Notes under the pieces: model-generated | What the model was told of the DNA's origin: nothing | What the model saw: the letters and a program-made list of their open reading frames with translations, nothing else | Databases searched by the model: none | NCBI GenBank assembly: GCA_963665115.1 | Contig: OY762007.1 | Span: forward strand, 6,496,001 to 6,560,000 | Reading direction: 5' to 3' | Length of the DNA stretch: 64,000 bases | From: an uncultured Rivularia sp. | Lineage (GTDB): Bacteria; Cyanobacteriota; Cyanobacteriia; Cyanobacteriales; Nostocaceae | Shown: one piece after another, positions 45,410 through 55,041 of the stretch | Numbering within the stretch: position 1 is the first letter of the stretch | Layout: each line of letters opens with the position of its first letter | Made by a program: the position numbers and the translations under genes

Positions 45410-46238
45410 ATGATCAACGCAGTCTCTAAAAAAATATTGGTAATCGAAGATGATGCTCGTACTCGTAATATGTATTTAGATGGACTTGAAAGTGAAGGCT
45501 TTGAGATGATAAGTGCGTCGAATGGTACTGCGGGTATTCAACAAGCTGTCGCTAATTTACCCGATTTAGTCATTTGTGATATCTTAATGCCCGATCTTGA
45601 TGGGTTCACGGTTTTAAGAAAATTGCGTCAAAATCCCCTTACAGCAGTAATTCCATTTATTTTTCTTACTGGCAGGGGTTTCTCAAGAAGATTTCCGCAA
45701 AGGAATGGAGTCTGGTGCTGATGACTATATAACTAAACCCGCTACAGTCGAACAATTATTAAAGGCGATCGCCACTCGATTGGAGAAAAAGCAGGCTTTC
45801 CTTCGTTATTGTTATGCTAACTACGATGGTATCTCACCATCAAGGTTAGATGGATCTGTCGCATCAAACGAAGAGAAGTCGATTTTTCCTATTGTCCCTC
45901 AGTTGAAAGAAGTTTTTGATTTTATCGAAGCTAACTATCAAAAGGGAATCACATTGAGCGATGTAGCTCAAGCAGTTGGTTATTCGGCAGCTTACTTAAC
46001 TAATAGAGTTGCGAAAATAACTGGAGAAACAGTTAACAGTTGGATTGTCAAGCGTCGTATGGCTGCTGCGCGTTATCTACTCAGGAATACCAGTCAAAAC
46101 ATTGAAGAAATCGCTACTAACGTAGGCTATCAAAATGCCTGTCATTTTTCCCGGCAATTTCGCCAACATCATGACATTCCTCCTCAAGCTTGGAGAAAAA
46201 AGCATCAAATGATGGAACGTTATCCAGTGGAAGTTTAA
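45410..46238 (+). CDS. Response regulator with AraC output domain (+1 base at 45675-45681)
   Basis: ILVIEDD, PDLVICDILMP, FIFLT, ADDYITKP, then AraC HTH. Positionally equivalent to Npun_F1278. Confidence 0.9.
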
Positions 46239-46355
46239 CTAAATTTAACGATTAGCAACGTGATTCGTAAAAACTACTCTATTGAGAAAGCGAATATAAA
46301 ATAGAAAAAGCCTAAGTGCGATCGCGCTCGTTTTTTGAATTTGGAGAATGGTGTA

Positions 46356-46920
46356 GTAGTCGATTTCATTAAAATTGACAGGTTCGTTTTTGCGGGAAAC
46401 GTCGGTAAACGTAGCACTGCTACGTCTCTACAAACCATAGGTATTAATGAAATCTACTAGAGTATTGCATTTCATTTGTTCTGACAGGTTGTAGAGACGT
46501 TATACATAACGTCTCCCAAGGTTTACCGAGAAAACGAATCAGTCAAAATTTATGAAATCTACTAGTAGTCCTTTGCATAAATTCTGAGGGGTACGTTTTC
46601 GACCTAACGTCGGGAGACGTAGCACTGCTACGTCTCTACAACCCATTAAAACAAATGAAAAGGACTACTAGTAGTCCTTCGCCACGATAATTCTGCGGGG
46701 TTATGAACGGATTAAAAAAAACCGCAGAGTACCCAGAGTACCCAGAGGATTAATTCGAGTATGAATAATTTTGAGGGTTAACACATTCGTAGTGGGAGCG
46801 TCTCGCTCCCTCGTGACAACCAGCGAGCAAGATGCATATCCTTGCGGACACACTATGCCCTTCGGGCAAGCTTCGCTAACCTTAACGCACTACTTCCAAT
46901 CCCTTATAAATTATGCTTCG
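46356..46920. repeat. Tandem cluster of ~105-bp palindromic modules and other small dispersed repeats
   Basis: Three consecutive modules ending in ctactag, each with inverted ends and a central GAGACGT...ACGTCTC-type hairpin. Confidence 0.75.
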
Positions 46921-47808
46921 CAGTAACGCTTGCGGGACTGATTATTCGGAATTCGGAGGGGCTAAAGCCGCCACGTAGAACCTCTCATAATACGCTTTGG
47001 TGGAGTAAGGAACATATATAAGCGAATAATTGATGCGTGAAATCTTGTAAATGCAGAATGAAAATTTTTAGGGGATTACAGCGACTTTTCAAGTCCCCAA
47101 CGAGTTGATAAATAAAGTTTTTTTAATCCCGCTTCGATTAAACATAATTACACTTGCGTGTATTTCAAGATACGCAAGTATAATTATTGGTTACTTAATC
47201 AAAACTTTATAAATGAGCGACTAGTTTAAAGTAAATTTGATTATTTTGTTTCGATAAAAGATATATGTTATACGTAAATATAGAAAATATTAATTAAAAA
47301 TTATGTCATAACAAACAAGGCAAAATTGAAATGCTCGCATTCTATCTAAATTGGCTATATTAAAGCTTATTTAATGATTTGTGTTTATTTTTCAAGAACA
47401 AAAATTACAAGCCTTGTTCTTAACTTATTAAAGGGGTGATGCTTTTATATTAAAACATATTTTTGTTAGCGTAGCGTGCGCTAGCTTTTTCAAGTACTCA
47501 ATTTACTTTCTTTCTCTTCTCTTAACTTACGGATTTTTAATAGATACAGTAATAGACTCAAATAATTTATGAGCTAGCTTCATATATATTAAGCTGAGAT
47601 AATGTTTTAAGTTTAAAATAAACATTTTTAGCTTAATAGTATTCATATGTATAAAAATCCTAATATATTCTCGAAAATATTCATTTATTTCTTAATCAAA
47701 CAATCAAAATGAATTAATATAGACCAAATTGTCAAGTAGGCGAATAACTAAAGTTAAATTGAACCGTAATTTTCTTTTAAATACAAACACAACCAACGCG
47801 GATTAAAC

Positions 47809-48525
47809 ATGAGTAAAGCTAATTCAAAATTAAAAAGATTGCAAGAAGTTTTGATTACTGGTTTGCTAGGAGACTTATCTGCTATCGCTTTAGGACCAAA
47901 CTTAAGAAAGCTGATATATAGAAGTTTATTTAGTCGAATGGGTAAGTCAATCTATATACAAAATGGTGTTGAATTACTCGGTGCTTATAACGTAGAGATT
48001 GGCGATGGAGTGCATCTTTTCAAAGGAGTACGTGTAGATGCTTTAGGACATCAAGACAATAAAATTACTTTAAAAGAAGGAGTTGCTGTTGAACGCAACG
48101 TAGATATTGGAGCTTTAGATAATACTCATATATATATAGATAAAGGTACATTTATTGGCGTTGGTGCTTGTATTGCGGGACCGGGAAACGTCAAAATTGG
48201 TAAGCGCTGTTTAATCGCAGCACATAGTGGAATATTTGCTAACAATCATAACTATGCAGACCCACTAAAATATATTGCCGATCAAGGAGTTACTTGTAAA
48301 GGAATTACTATCGAAGATGACTGCTGGTTGGGACACGCTGTAACGGTTATAGATGGAATAACTATTGGTAAAGGTAGCGTTATAGGTGCTGGCTCTGTAG
48401 TCACAAAAGATATTCCTCCTTATTCAATTGCTGTTGGAACACCAGCCCGAGTTATTAAAAGTCGTCTTCCCGAAGATTCTGTAAACCCCAATGATTTAGA
48501 AATGATGACAGCTAATTCCGTTTAA
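47809..48525 (+). CDS. Hexapeptide-repeat (LbH) O-acetyltransferase
   Basis: IFANNH, ITIEDDCWLG, IGKGSVIGAGSVVTKDIP, GTPARVIK. Confidence 0.9.
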   Translation: MSKANSKLKRLQEVLITGLLGDLSAIALGPNLRKLIYRSLFSRMGKSIYIQNGVELLGAYNVEIGDGVHLFKGVRVDALGHQDNKITLKEGVAVERNVDIGALDNTHIYIDKGTFIGVGACIAGPGNVKIGKRCLIAAHSGIFANNHNYADPLKYIADQGVTCKGITIEDDCWLGHAVTVIDGITIGKGSVIGAGSVVTKDIPPYSIAVGTPARVIKSRLPEDSVNPNDLEMMTANSV

Positions 48526-48532
48526 GAATATT

Positions 48533-48662
48533 ATCCCGAACTTGCCAATTTTAGATGCAGGGATTTTATGGAAAGTTAGTTTGGGGAAGAATATCTTCCC
48601 ACAAACTAAGCATCATCGGATTTTAGATTAAAAACAAGCCCTTGCAGAATCAAGTTGGGGAT
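48533..48662. repeat. Inverted-repeat-bounded element between the acetyltransferases
   Basis: atcccgaacttg ... caagttggggat ends; internal hairpin ttagtttggggaaga / tcttcccacaaactaa. Confidence 0.5.
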
Positions 48663-48793
48663 AATTTAAATCCTCATATTTGAGAAGCTATTTATTTAAA
48701 ATATAAAACGGCCTCAACCTTTTATTTCAAAAGGATAAATCAAAATCTAGAATCGGTTAATAAATTAGAAACTTTCTTCTAGGAAATATAATT

Positions 48794-49513
48794 ATGAATA
48801 GTAAAAAAACTGTATCAAAGTGGAAACGTTTACAAGAAATAATTTTAACTTTGTTGTTAGGTAATATTCCTACCAAAGTTATAGGTTCCAATTTACGAAC
48901 TTTCTTTTATCGCGGTATATTTGCAAGTTTGGGTAAAGGAGTTTACCTACAAGATAGCGTTGAATTTATTAATACTCCTTGCATAGAAATTGGCAATAGA
49001 GCGCAAATTTTACGAGGAGCAAATATAAACGCAATCGGAAATCCCAAGAATAAAATTTCTATTGGTGATGGAGTACAAATTCAACAAGGTGTTGATATTA
49101 GAGCATTGAACGATACTTATTTAAAAATTGAAGACGAAACATTTATTGGTCCTTATGTTTGTATTGCCGGGCCTGGAAATATCAAAATAGGTAAAGGTTG
49201 TTTGATTGCAGCACATTGCGGATTATTTGCTAACAACCATAATTTTGTAGATCCGGTTCAATATATTGCCAGACAAGGTATAACTCGTAAAGGAATTGTA
49301 ATTGAAGATGACTGTTGGCTCGGACATGGTGTAACGGTAACAGATGGAGTAACCATCGGAAGAGGTAGCGTTATCGGTGCTGGCTCAGTAGTCACAAAAG
49401 ACATCCCTCCTTACTCGATAGCCGTCGGTACCCCTGCAAAAGTTGTTAAAAGCCGTATTGGAGAGCAATCAGTTATCAGCGATCAGTTAGGAGTTACGAA
49501 GGTCAAAGGTTAA
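48794..49513 (+). CDS. Hexapeptide-repeat (LbH) O-acetyltransferase, paralogue of the upstream gene
   Basis: Same motifs; near-identical C-terminal half. Confidence 0.9.
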   Translation: MNSKKTVSKWKRLQEIILTLLLGNIPTKVIGSNLRTFFYRGIFASLGKGVYLQDSVEFINTPCIEIGNRAQILRGANINAIGNPKNKISIGDGVQIQQGVDIRALNDTYLKIEDETFIGPYVCIAGPGNIKIGKGCLIAAHCGLFANNHNFVDPVQYIARQGITRKGIVIEDDCWLGHGVTVTDGVTIGRGSVIGAGSVVTKDIPPYSIAVGTPAKVVKSRIGEQSVISDQLGVTKVKG

Positions 49514-49797
49514 AGATTGAAATTCTCCTCATTTCCCAATGCCCAATGCCCAATCCCCCATGCCCAATCCCCATGCCCAACTGGTAACTGCTTGAAACAT
49601 ATTAATGGGAATGAGCGTCGAAAAAATAACCCGTCTACTGAAGCGCATAAAATTCGAGTATAAAAAATCCCCCATGAGCATCTATCTTTTATATCCTCCA
49701 AAAATGGAGCTATTTTGGGTAATATAAAGAAGTTAACTTTTCTGCAAAAGCAGATACTAAAAATAACTTTTTCGATTAACCCCGTGGAGAAATTGCT

Positions 49798-49914
49798 ATG
49801 TTGAGTTTAAAAATCGCTGTTTATATTGTCGTTGGGTTGTTTTTAGCTACATTTATCTTTGGATTCTTGTCAAATGACCCATCTCGTAACCCTGGACGTA
49901 ATGATTTTGAATAA
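49798..49914 (+). CDS. psbI: Photosystem II protein I (not in the ORF track)
   Basis: Hand translation [45 protein letters not shown]. Confidence 0.97.
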   Translation: MLSLKIAVYIVVGLFLATFIFGFLSNDPSRNPGRNDFE

Positions 49915-49969
49915 TTTATAGTCGCTTTCGTCCATTATCGCTGCATTTGCAGAGGATATTTTTAAGTCT

Positions 49970-50027
49970 AAGGACACGTCCGAAGAGTTATAATTAACTA
50001 ATTTCTTTGGGAAGCGTGTCCTTTTTT
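49970..50027 (+). terminator. Intrinsic terminator-like hairpin after psbI
   Basis: aaggacacg ... cgtgtcc followed by T7. Confidence 0.55.
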
Positions 50028-50168
50028 GGGCGGAATCTGCTCGCAAGTTAAGTAGAAGGCTAAAGTTGGGAGTCTATTAATCCTTGAGGTTGTATGCTTC
50101 TAATTTGATTATTAACTGTTCTTTAGCTTGCTTTAAAGACTGTTTGTTGGCTTATATAGTGTGTAAGT

Positions 50169-52736
50169 ATGCTTCATCCAGTTGCGTCCCCGCCCGAATT
50201 CCCGATTGTTATCAATTCCCTTGCCGTAGCAGATGTCTCTACGGATAATTCAAGTACATTACAAAATAGTACTGTTATCCAAGCATCTCCTACTGCCCAA
50301 ACAAGTTTCTCGCTTCGCGAACATTTTTCACCGCCAAAATCTTTTCTAAGTCAAAATCGAAGTCTATCGAAAACAAGCGAACCCGAAACTATTCTCTCAC
50401 CGGAATTTTCACCCGCTACTGTTGCGAATGATGATGCCTCTCTAGGGGAAAAGTTTAGTGTTAGTTATCCATCAGAGAACCAGCAAGTATTATCCGGAGG
50501 TTTGAAGCATTTTGAAGCCGCCAGCTTTACTCAAAAGAAAGCGGAATCTGCTCCCAAGAATGTTACAAAGAATTCAACTAAAACACCTCAGAAGCTTGTA
50601 AATAAGAAAAAGGCTGCCCAAGAAACGCAAAAACCGACAAACATAGAATTTTATTCTCAAAATACAAACTCTACAAAAGCTCCCGCGACGATAGAATTTA
50701 AGTCCCGTTCTCAGATACAAGCTCAACAACAACTTCCTCAGCAAACTCTTCCACAACAAACTCCTCAACAACAAACTATACCCGTACCGCAGCCAACTCA
50801 GCAGCCACAACCATCACAAGCGCCAACTGAGACAAGAAGAGTTATTGAAATTATTGCAGATAGGCAGATTTATGACGAGAATCGCCGGGTTGTAACCGCT
50901 GAAGGTAATGTAGTTGTAAGATTTGACGGTTCTGTAGTAGATGCCGATAGTTTACAGGTAAATATAGATAACTTAATTGCTGTTGGTGAAGGAAATGTTG
51001 CAGTCACCAGAGGGGAACAAGTTTTAAGAGGAAACCGATTTACATATAACTTTATTCAAGACACTGGGGATTTAGAAGGTGGAAGCGGTGAAGTTAATGT
51101 AGCCCAAGCATCGCAGGATTTATCTTTTGACTCTCCCGCAGTAGCAGCAGGTGGAGTTCCCCGTCGTCCTCCCAGCGATAGAATTAGACAAAATCAACCT
51201 TTAACTGGTGTTGGTAGCCCTGGAGGAGTCGGTTTTCGTTTCGGCGGTAGAGGCGCTCGCAACTTACCAGGGGGAAAACAAGGTGGTGTAGTTAATCGCT
51301 TGCGTTTTGAAGCCGCACGAGTAGATTTTTATCCGAAAGGATGGGAAGCAAAAGATGTCCGCATTACCAACGATCCCTTTTCTCCCCCAGAATTAGAAGT
51401 ACGTGCAAACTCAGTTACTTTAGAACGAATTTCTCCTTTAAGAGACAAACTTAGATTAAAAAAACCGCGTTTAGTATTCGATCGTGGCTTAACTTTAGGT
51501 ATAGGCAGTTATACAAGGACAATCGATCGCAGCGAACGCGATGCCACTCCCGCTCCAGTTTCCATCGGTTTTGATGGTGACGAACGCGGTGGCTTATATT
51601 TAGAGCGCTCATTTAATGTATTAAGTACACCACAGGCAAGCTGGAAAGTTACCCCGCAATTTTTTGCTCAACAAGCCGTACAAAATAATAACGGAGGTTT
51701 CCCAGCGCTTTTTGGTTTAAAGTCAAGTTTTAATGCAACCTTAAGTCCGCGATCGCAAGTTCGAGCATCGACATCTTTAACAAGTCTCGACTTAACTGAC
51801 TTAGAAGACAATTTGCGTGCGAGCGTGCGATACAACTATTTACTAGGGAACCCCCTAAACCCCTATCAAGCTGCATTTGAATACAGCTATCGCGATCGCC
51901 TTTACAACGGAAGTCTTGGTTTCCAAACCGTACAAAGCAGCTTTGGTGGAGTAATAACTTCTCCAAATATCCCTTTAGGTAAAACCGGGTTAAATCTAAG
52001 ATATCAAGCAGGCGCTCAACAAGTCAGCGCCAGAACCGATCGGGCAGAGTTATTAGATGTAGGTAGAAGCAACGACCGAGTTTCTTTAGGTCGCCTTCAA
52101 GCCAGCGCTACTATCGGCGGGGCTATCAACCTTTGGCAGGGTAAAGCTTTACCACCCACCGCCACAGAAGGATTAAAATATACTTCCAATCCAGTAGTGC
52201 CTTACGTACAAGTATTTGGTAATGTAACTGGAACCGGCAGCTTTTATAGCAACGGCGACGAGCAAAATACCTTGATAGGTTCAGTTGGATTGCAGGGACA
52301 ATTTGGTAACTTTTCCAAAAAGTTTTTAGACTATACCGGCTTCAACGTCACTTATTCGCAAGGTACAAATGACGGATTGTCGCCCTTTTTATTCGACCGT
52401 TACGCCGATAGACAAGTATTAAGCGCCGGTTTTACCCAACAGTTGTACGGGCCATTTCGTTTAGGATTTCAAACAACCATCAATTTAGATACCAGCGAAC
52501 GTACCAGTACTGACTATATCTTAGAATACAGCCGTCGTACCTACGGTGTCAGCTTGCGTTACAACCCCGTACTCGAACTCGGTGGTATTAGTTTTCGCAT
52601 CAGCGACTTTAACTGGAGTGGAGGAACCGATCCATTTTCCGGCAACGATGCAGGAGGAGTTAAGCCAGTCGTTGGTGGGACTGGAGCAGCGGTAATTAGG
52701 GGATTGGTTCGTAGTTGCGCTTCAGCGCCAAAATAA
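50169..52736 (+). CDS. DUF3769 / LptD-like outer-membrane beta-barrel protein
   Basis: Low-complexity N-terminus, OstA-like AEGNVVVRF segment, RITNDPFSPPEL, LRYNP...ISDFNW C-terminus. The true stop may be 52693-52695 if GGG at 52677 has an extra base. Confidence 0.8.
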   Translation: MLHPVASPPEFPIVINSLAVADVSTDNSSTLQNSTVIQASPTAQTSFSLREHFSPPKSFLSQNRSLSKTSEPETILSPEFSPATVANDDASLGEKFSVSYPSENQQVLSGGLKHFEAASFTQKKAESAPKNVTKNSTKTPQKLVNKKKAAQETQKPTNIEFYSQNTNSTKAPATIEFKSRSQIQAQQQLPQQTLPQQTPQQQTIPVPQPTQQPQPSQAPTETRRVIEIIADRQIYDENRRVVTAEGNVVVRFDGSVVDADSLQVNIDNLIAVGEGNVAVTRGEQVLRGNRFTYNFIQDTGDLEGGSGEVNVAQASQDLSFDSPAVAAGGVPRRPPSDRIRQNQPLTGVGSPGGVGFRFGGRGARNLPGGKQGGVVNRLRFEAARVDFYPKGWEAKDVRITNDPFSPPELEVRANSVTLERISPLRDKLRLKKPRLVFDRGLTLGIGSYTRTIDRSERDATPAPVSIGFDGDERGGLYLERSFNVLSTPQASWKVTPQFFAQQAVQNNNGGFPALFGLKSSFNATLSPRSQVRASTSLTSLDLTDLEDNLRASVRYNYLLGNPLNPYQAAFEYSYRDRLYNGSLGFQTVQSSFGGVITSPNIPLGKTGLNLRYQAGAQQVSARTDRAELLDVGRSNDRVSLGRLQASATIGGAINLWQGKALPPTATEGLKYTSNPVVPYVQVFGNVTGTGSFYSNGDEQNTLIGSVGLQGQFGNFSKKFLDYTGFNVTYSQGTNDGLSPFLFDRYADRQVLSAGFTQQLYGPFRLGFQTTINLDTSERTSTDYILEYSRRTYGVSLRYNPVLELGGISFRISDFNWSGGTDPFSGNDAGGVKPVVGGTGAAVIRGLVRSCASAPK

Positions 52737-52808
52737 TTGGTTCGTAGTTGCGCTTCAGCGCCAAAAATAATTGGTTCGTAGTTGCGCTTCAGCGCCAAAA
52801 ATAATTGG
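52703..52808. repeat. 32-33-bp direct repeat, 3 head-to-tail copies
   Basis: attggttcgtagttgcgcttcagcgccaaaa(a)ta x3, no spacers. Confidence 0.9.
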
Positions 52809-52889
52809 TAATAAATAAAATTCCCAACTCCCAACTCCCTACTCCTAACAGACGTAGCACTGCTACGTCTCTACATTCCTAACTCTTTG

Positions 52890-54785
52890 TCACTTTCGCC
52901 AAATTTGCTTTAAAGCGCTGGCGAATTTTGCAATTGCTTCTTCGATTTTCAACATTGTGTTGTCAATCCATGCCAAAACTTGCTCTAATGGATGCTTTTG
53001 ATAACCAACTATTTCGGCTTTGGTTTCAATCCATTCTGGTTTGGCTTCAATTTCTGTTGATTCGTTGATTTGATTTGCAGCGATTTCGCGTTTGCTTCTA
53101 CTTCCTAATTCGGAATTGGAATTACTTACTATTTTTTGCGACTTTTGGGAAGCTTTTGTAGTGCGAGCATCTTGCTCGCTGGGTTTAATATAACTATCCC
53201 GCTCGCTGGGTTTAATATAACTATCCCGCTCGCTAGGTTTAATATAACTATCCCGCTCGCTGGGTTTAATATAACTATCCCGCTCGCTAGGTTTAATATA
53301 ACTATCCCGCTCGCTAGGTTTAATATAACTATCCCGCTCGCTAGGTTTAATATAACTATCCCGCTCGCTTGATTTTGTAGAAGCACTCAGCTCGCTTTTC
53401 AAAATACCTTTCTGTGGCTGCACTAAACCGGCTCTTTCTTTGAGTCGTAAAGTTCGCCAGTTGGGCATTTGAAAGCGTCTAAATAGTTTTTCTGACGATT
53501 TTTTATTTTTTGTAGAAGGGTTTAATTTATTTGATGTTCGATTTCTTGGATTTAATTGTGGGAATCCGTTGCTAATCAATCCATTACCAAATAAATCAGC
53601 ACTACTTAACCAATTATCTTCCGATTGTTCGCTTTGCAACTGAGGATTAGGTTTAGTAGAAGAAAGTAATGGTGTCAATGGAGCCTGCTTAATTTTTTTC
53701 TCTTCGGGTTGTCTGTAAAAGTAATTAAACGCTGCTGAAATCAAAGCTTGAATTTTTGAGGGATGCGTTTCTAAATTACTATCGGCTACGATATCCTGTT
53801 TGCTGACAGTTACTTGTTTATCGCCATATAAGAAAATATCTAATCTAGTTCTTACTACTTTAATAAATTCACCACCGCGCTCTCTGACTATAATTTGAGC
53901 GCGAGATACGGGAGCCAAAGCATTTGTTTCTAAATTCGCAACTACTGTATCTAAAGATGCTACCGTAGCCGGGTTGATTTGCAGGTATTTGTGTTCGCTT
54001 TCTTTTACATCTACTGTAGGTAATGCCTTTTTCGTATGAGCATTGCCAGAAGCAAGTCTTTTCAAGAAACTATTCGTTCTAGATGGGAATTCTGTTTCCC
54101 CATCTACTTGAGATAATCGCCAGGAGCGCCAATAATTAGCAATTTCAGAAATAATCTGGTTTTCTAAAGCTTGCTGTTGCGATGGAGTTAAAATGTCAAG
54201 AATTTCGTTTTGGCTAGTTACCAGAACTAAATTTTGGCTGGAAAGCTGTGAAGCAACTCCTTGAATTTTTTGAGAAGAAGATTTTAGAGTAGTGCGAGCA
54301 TCTTGCTCGCTGGTTTGAATCATTGTAGTGCGAGCATCTTGCTCGCTGGTTTGAATCATTGTAGTGCGAGCATCTTGCTCGCTGGTTTGAATCATTGTAG
54401 TGCGAGCATCTTGCTCGCTGGTTTGATTAGATAGGGAGTGAGATGCTCCTACTACCATTTTCCTACTTTGATTTGTAGAAGAATTAACATATCGCGTTTC
54501 TACGTTTTCAATCACCCGAATAATCGCAGAATCCGAGGAAGGCTCTTCTAAAGGTTGCAAATACAACTTGGATTCCCCTGCCGTTCCAGGAAGTTGAGTG
54601 CCAGCAGACTCAGCAGCTTTTTGTAACAGTAAATATATTGATTTAGATAGTGCTTCTAAAGACCAACTTGTGGCAACTTGCAATTGTCGCAACGAGCGTC
54701 CGAATCCTTCACCGAAGCGCCGGGATTGTTTGTGAAAGAAATTAAATAGCCTGCTTTGATAACGGCCTTTGGAAGCAGAAGACAT
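52890..54785 (-). CDS. Hypothetical protein expanded by in-frame DNA repeats
   Basis: 631-aa ORF with non-repetitive termini (GRYQSRLFNF; KHPLEQVLAWID) and SEQDARTT and SERDSYIK repeats. Confidence 0.8.
   Translation of the reverse strand: MSSASKGRYQSRLFNFFHKQSRRFGEGFGRSLRQLQVATSWSLEALSKSIYLLLQKAAESAGTQLPGTAGESKLYLQPLEEPSSDSAIIRVIENVETRYVNSSTNQSRKMVVGASHSLSNQTSEQDARTTMIQTSEQDARTTMIQTSEQDARTTMIQTSEQDARTTLKSSSQKIQGVASQLSSQNLVLVTSQNEILDILTPSQQQALENQIISEIANYWRSWRLSQVDGETEFPSRTNSFLKRLASGNAHTKKALPTVDVKESEHKYLQINPATVASLDTVVANLETNALAPVSRAQIIVRERGGEFIKVVRTRLDIFLYGDKQVTVSKQDIVADSNLETHPSKIQALISAAFNYFYRQPEEKKIKQAPLTPLLSSTKPNPQLQSEQSEDNWLSSADLFGNGLISNGFPQLNPRNRTSNKLNPSTKNKKSSEKLFRRFQMPNWRTLRLKERAGLVQPQKGILKSELSASTKSSERDSYIKPSERDSYIKPSERDSYIKPSERDSYIKPSERDSYIKPSERDSYIKPSERDSYIKPSEQDARTTKASQKSQKIVSNSNSELGSRSKREIAANQINESTEIEAKPEWIETKAEIVGYQKHPLEQVLAWIDNTMLKIEEAIAKFASALKQIWRK
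53158..53370. repeat. 27-bp coding tandem repeat (about 7 copies) ending in a GCGAGCATCTTGCTCGC palindrome
   Basis: ggtttaatataactatcccgctcgct units. Confidence 0.92.
54289..54425. repeat. 36-bp coding tandem repeat (4 copies) built on the palindrome GCGAGCATCTTGCTCGC
   Basis: gtagtgcgagcatcttgctcgctggtttgaatcatt units. Confidence 0.92.
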
Positions 54786-55041
54786 GGTAGGAAAGGTTAA
54801 ATAAGGAGTAGGAAGTAGGAAGTAGGGAGTAGGAAGTAGGGAGTTAGGAGTTGGGAGTTAGGAGTTATCTACCCCCTCTACCCCCTCTCCCTCAATTGGG
54901 TAATCTTTTAACGAGATTAAGAGTTAGCAGCTATACAAAGTTGTTACATGAGAAGATTCATTTTTAATTTATAGGTATCTTTTTTAAATGGTTCTTTTAC
55001 TATTGAGCGTATAGAACTTTTCACCCGATTTTAGCTGAAAG

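Noticed and set aside
46920..47200. Possible structured ncRNA or riboswitch
   Set aside because: Some short hairpins, but no family consensus I can recognise; needs an Rfam/Infernal scan.
52703..52808. Three 32-33-bp repeats of CRISPR-like length
   Set aside because: Head-to-tail with no spacers and no cas genes; resembles the gttcgtagt dispersed-repeat family also seen at 15277 and 59982.
53158..54425. 27-bp and 36-bp arrays as CRISPR
   Set aside because: No unique spacers; in-frame tandem repeats inside a CDS.
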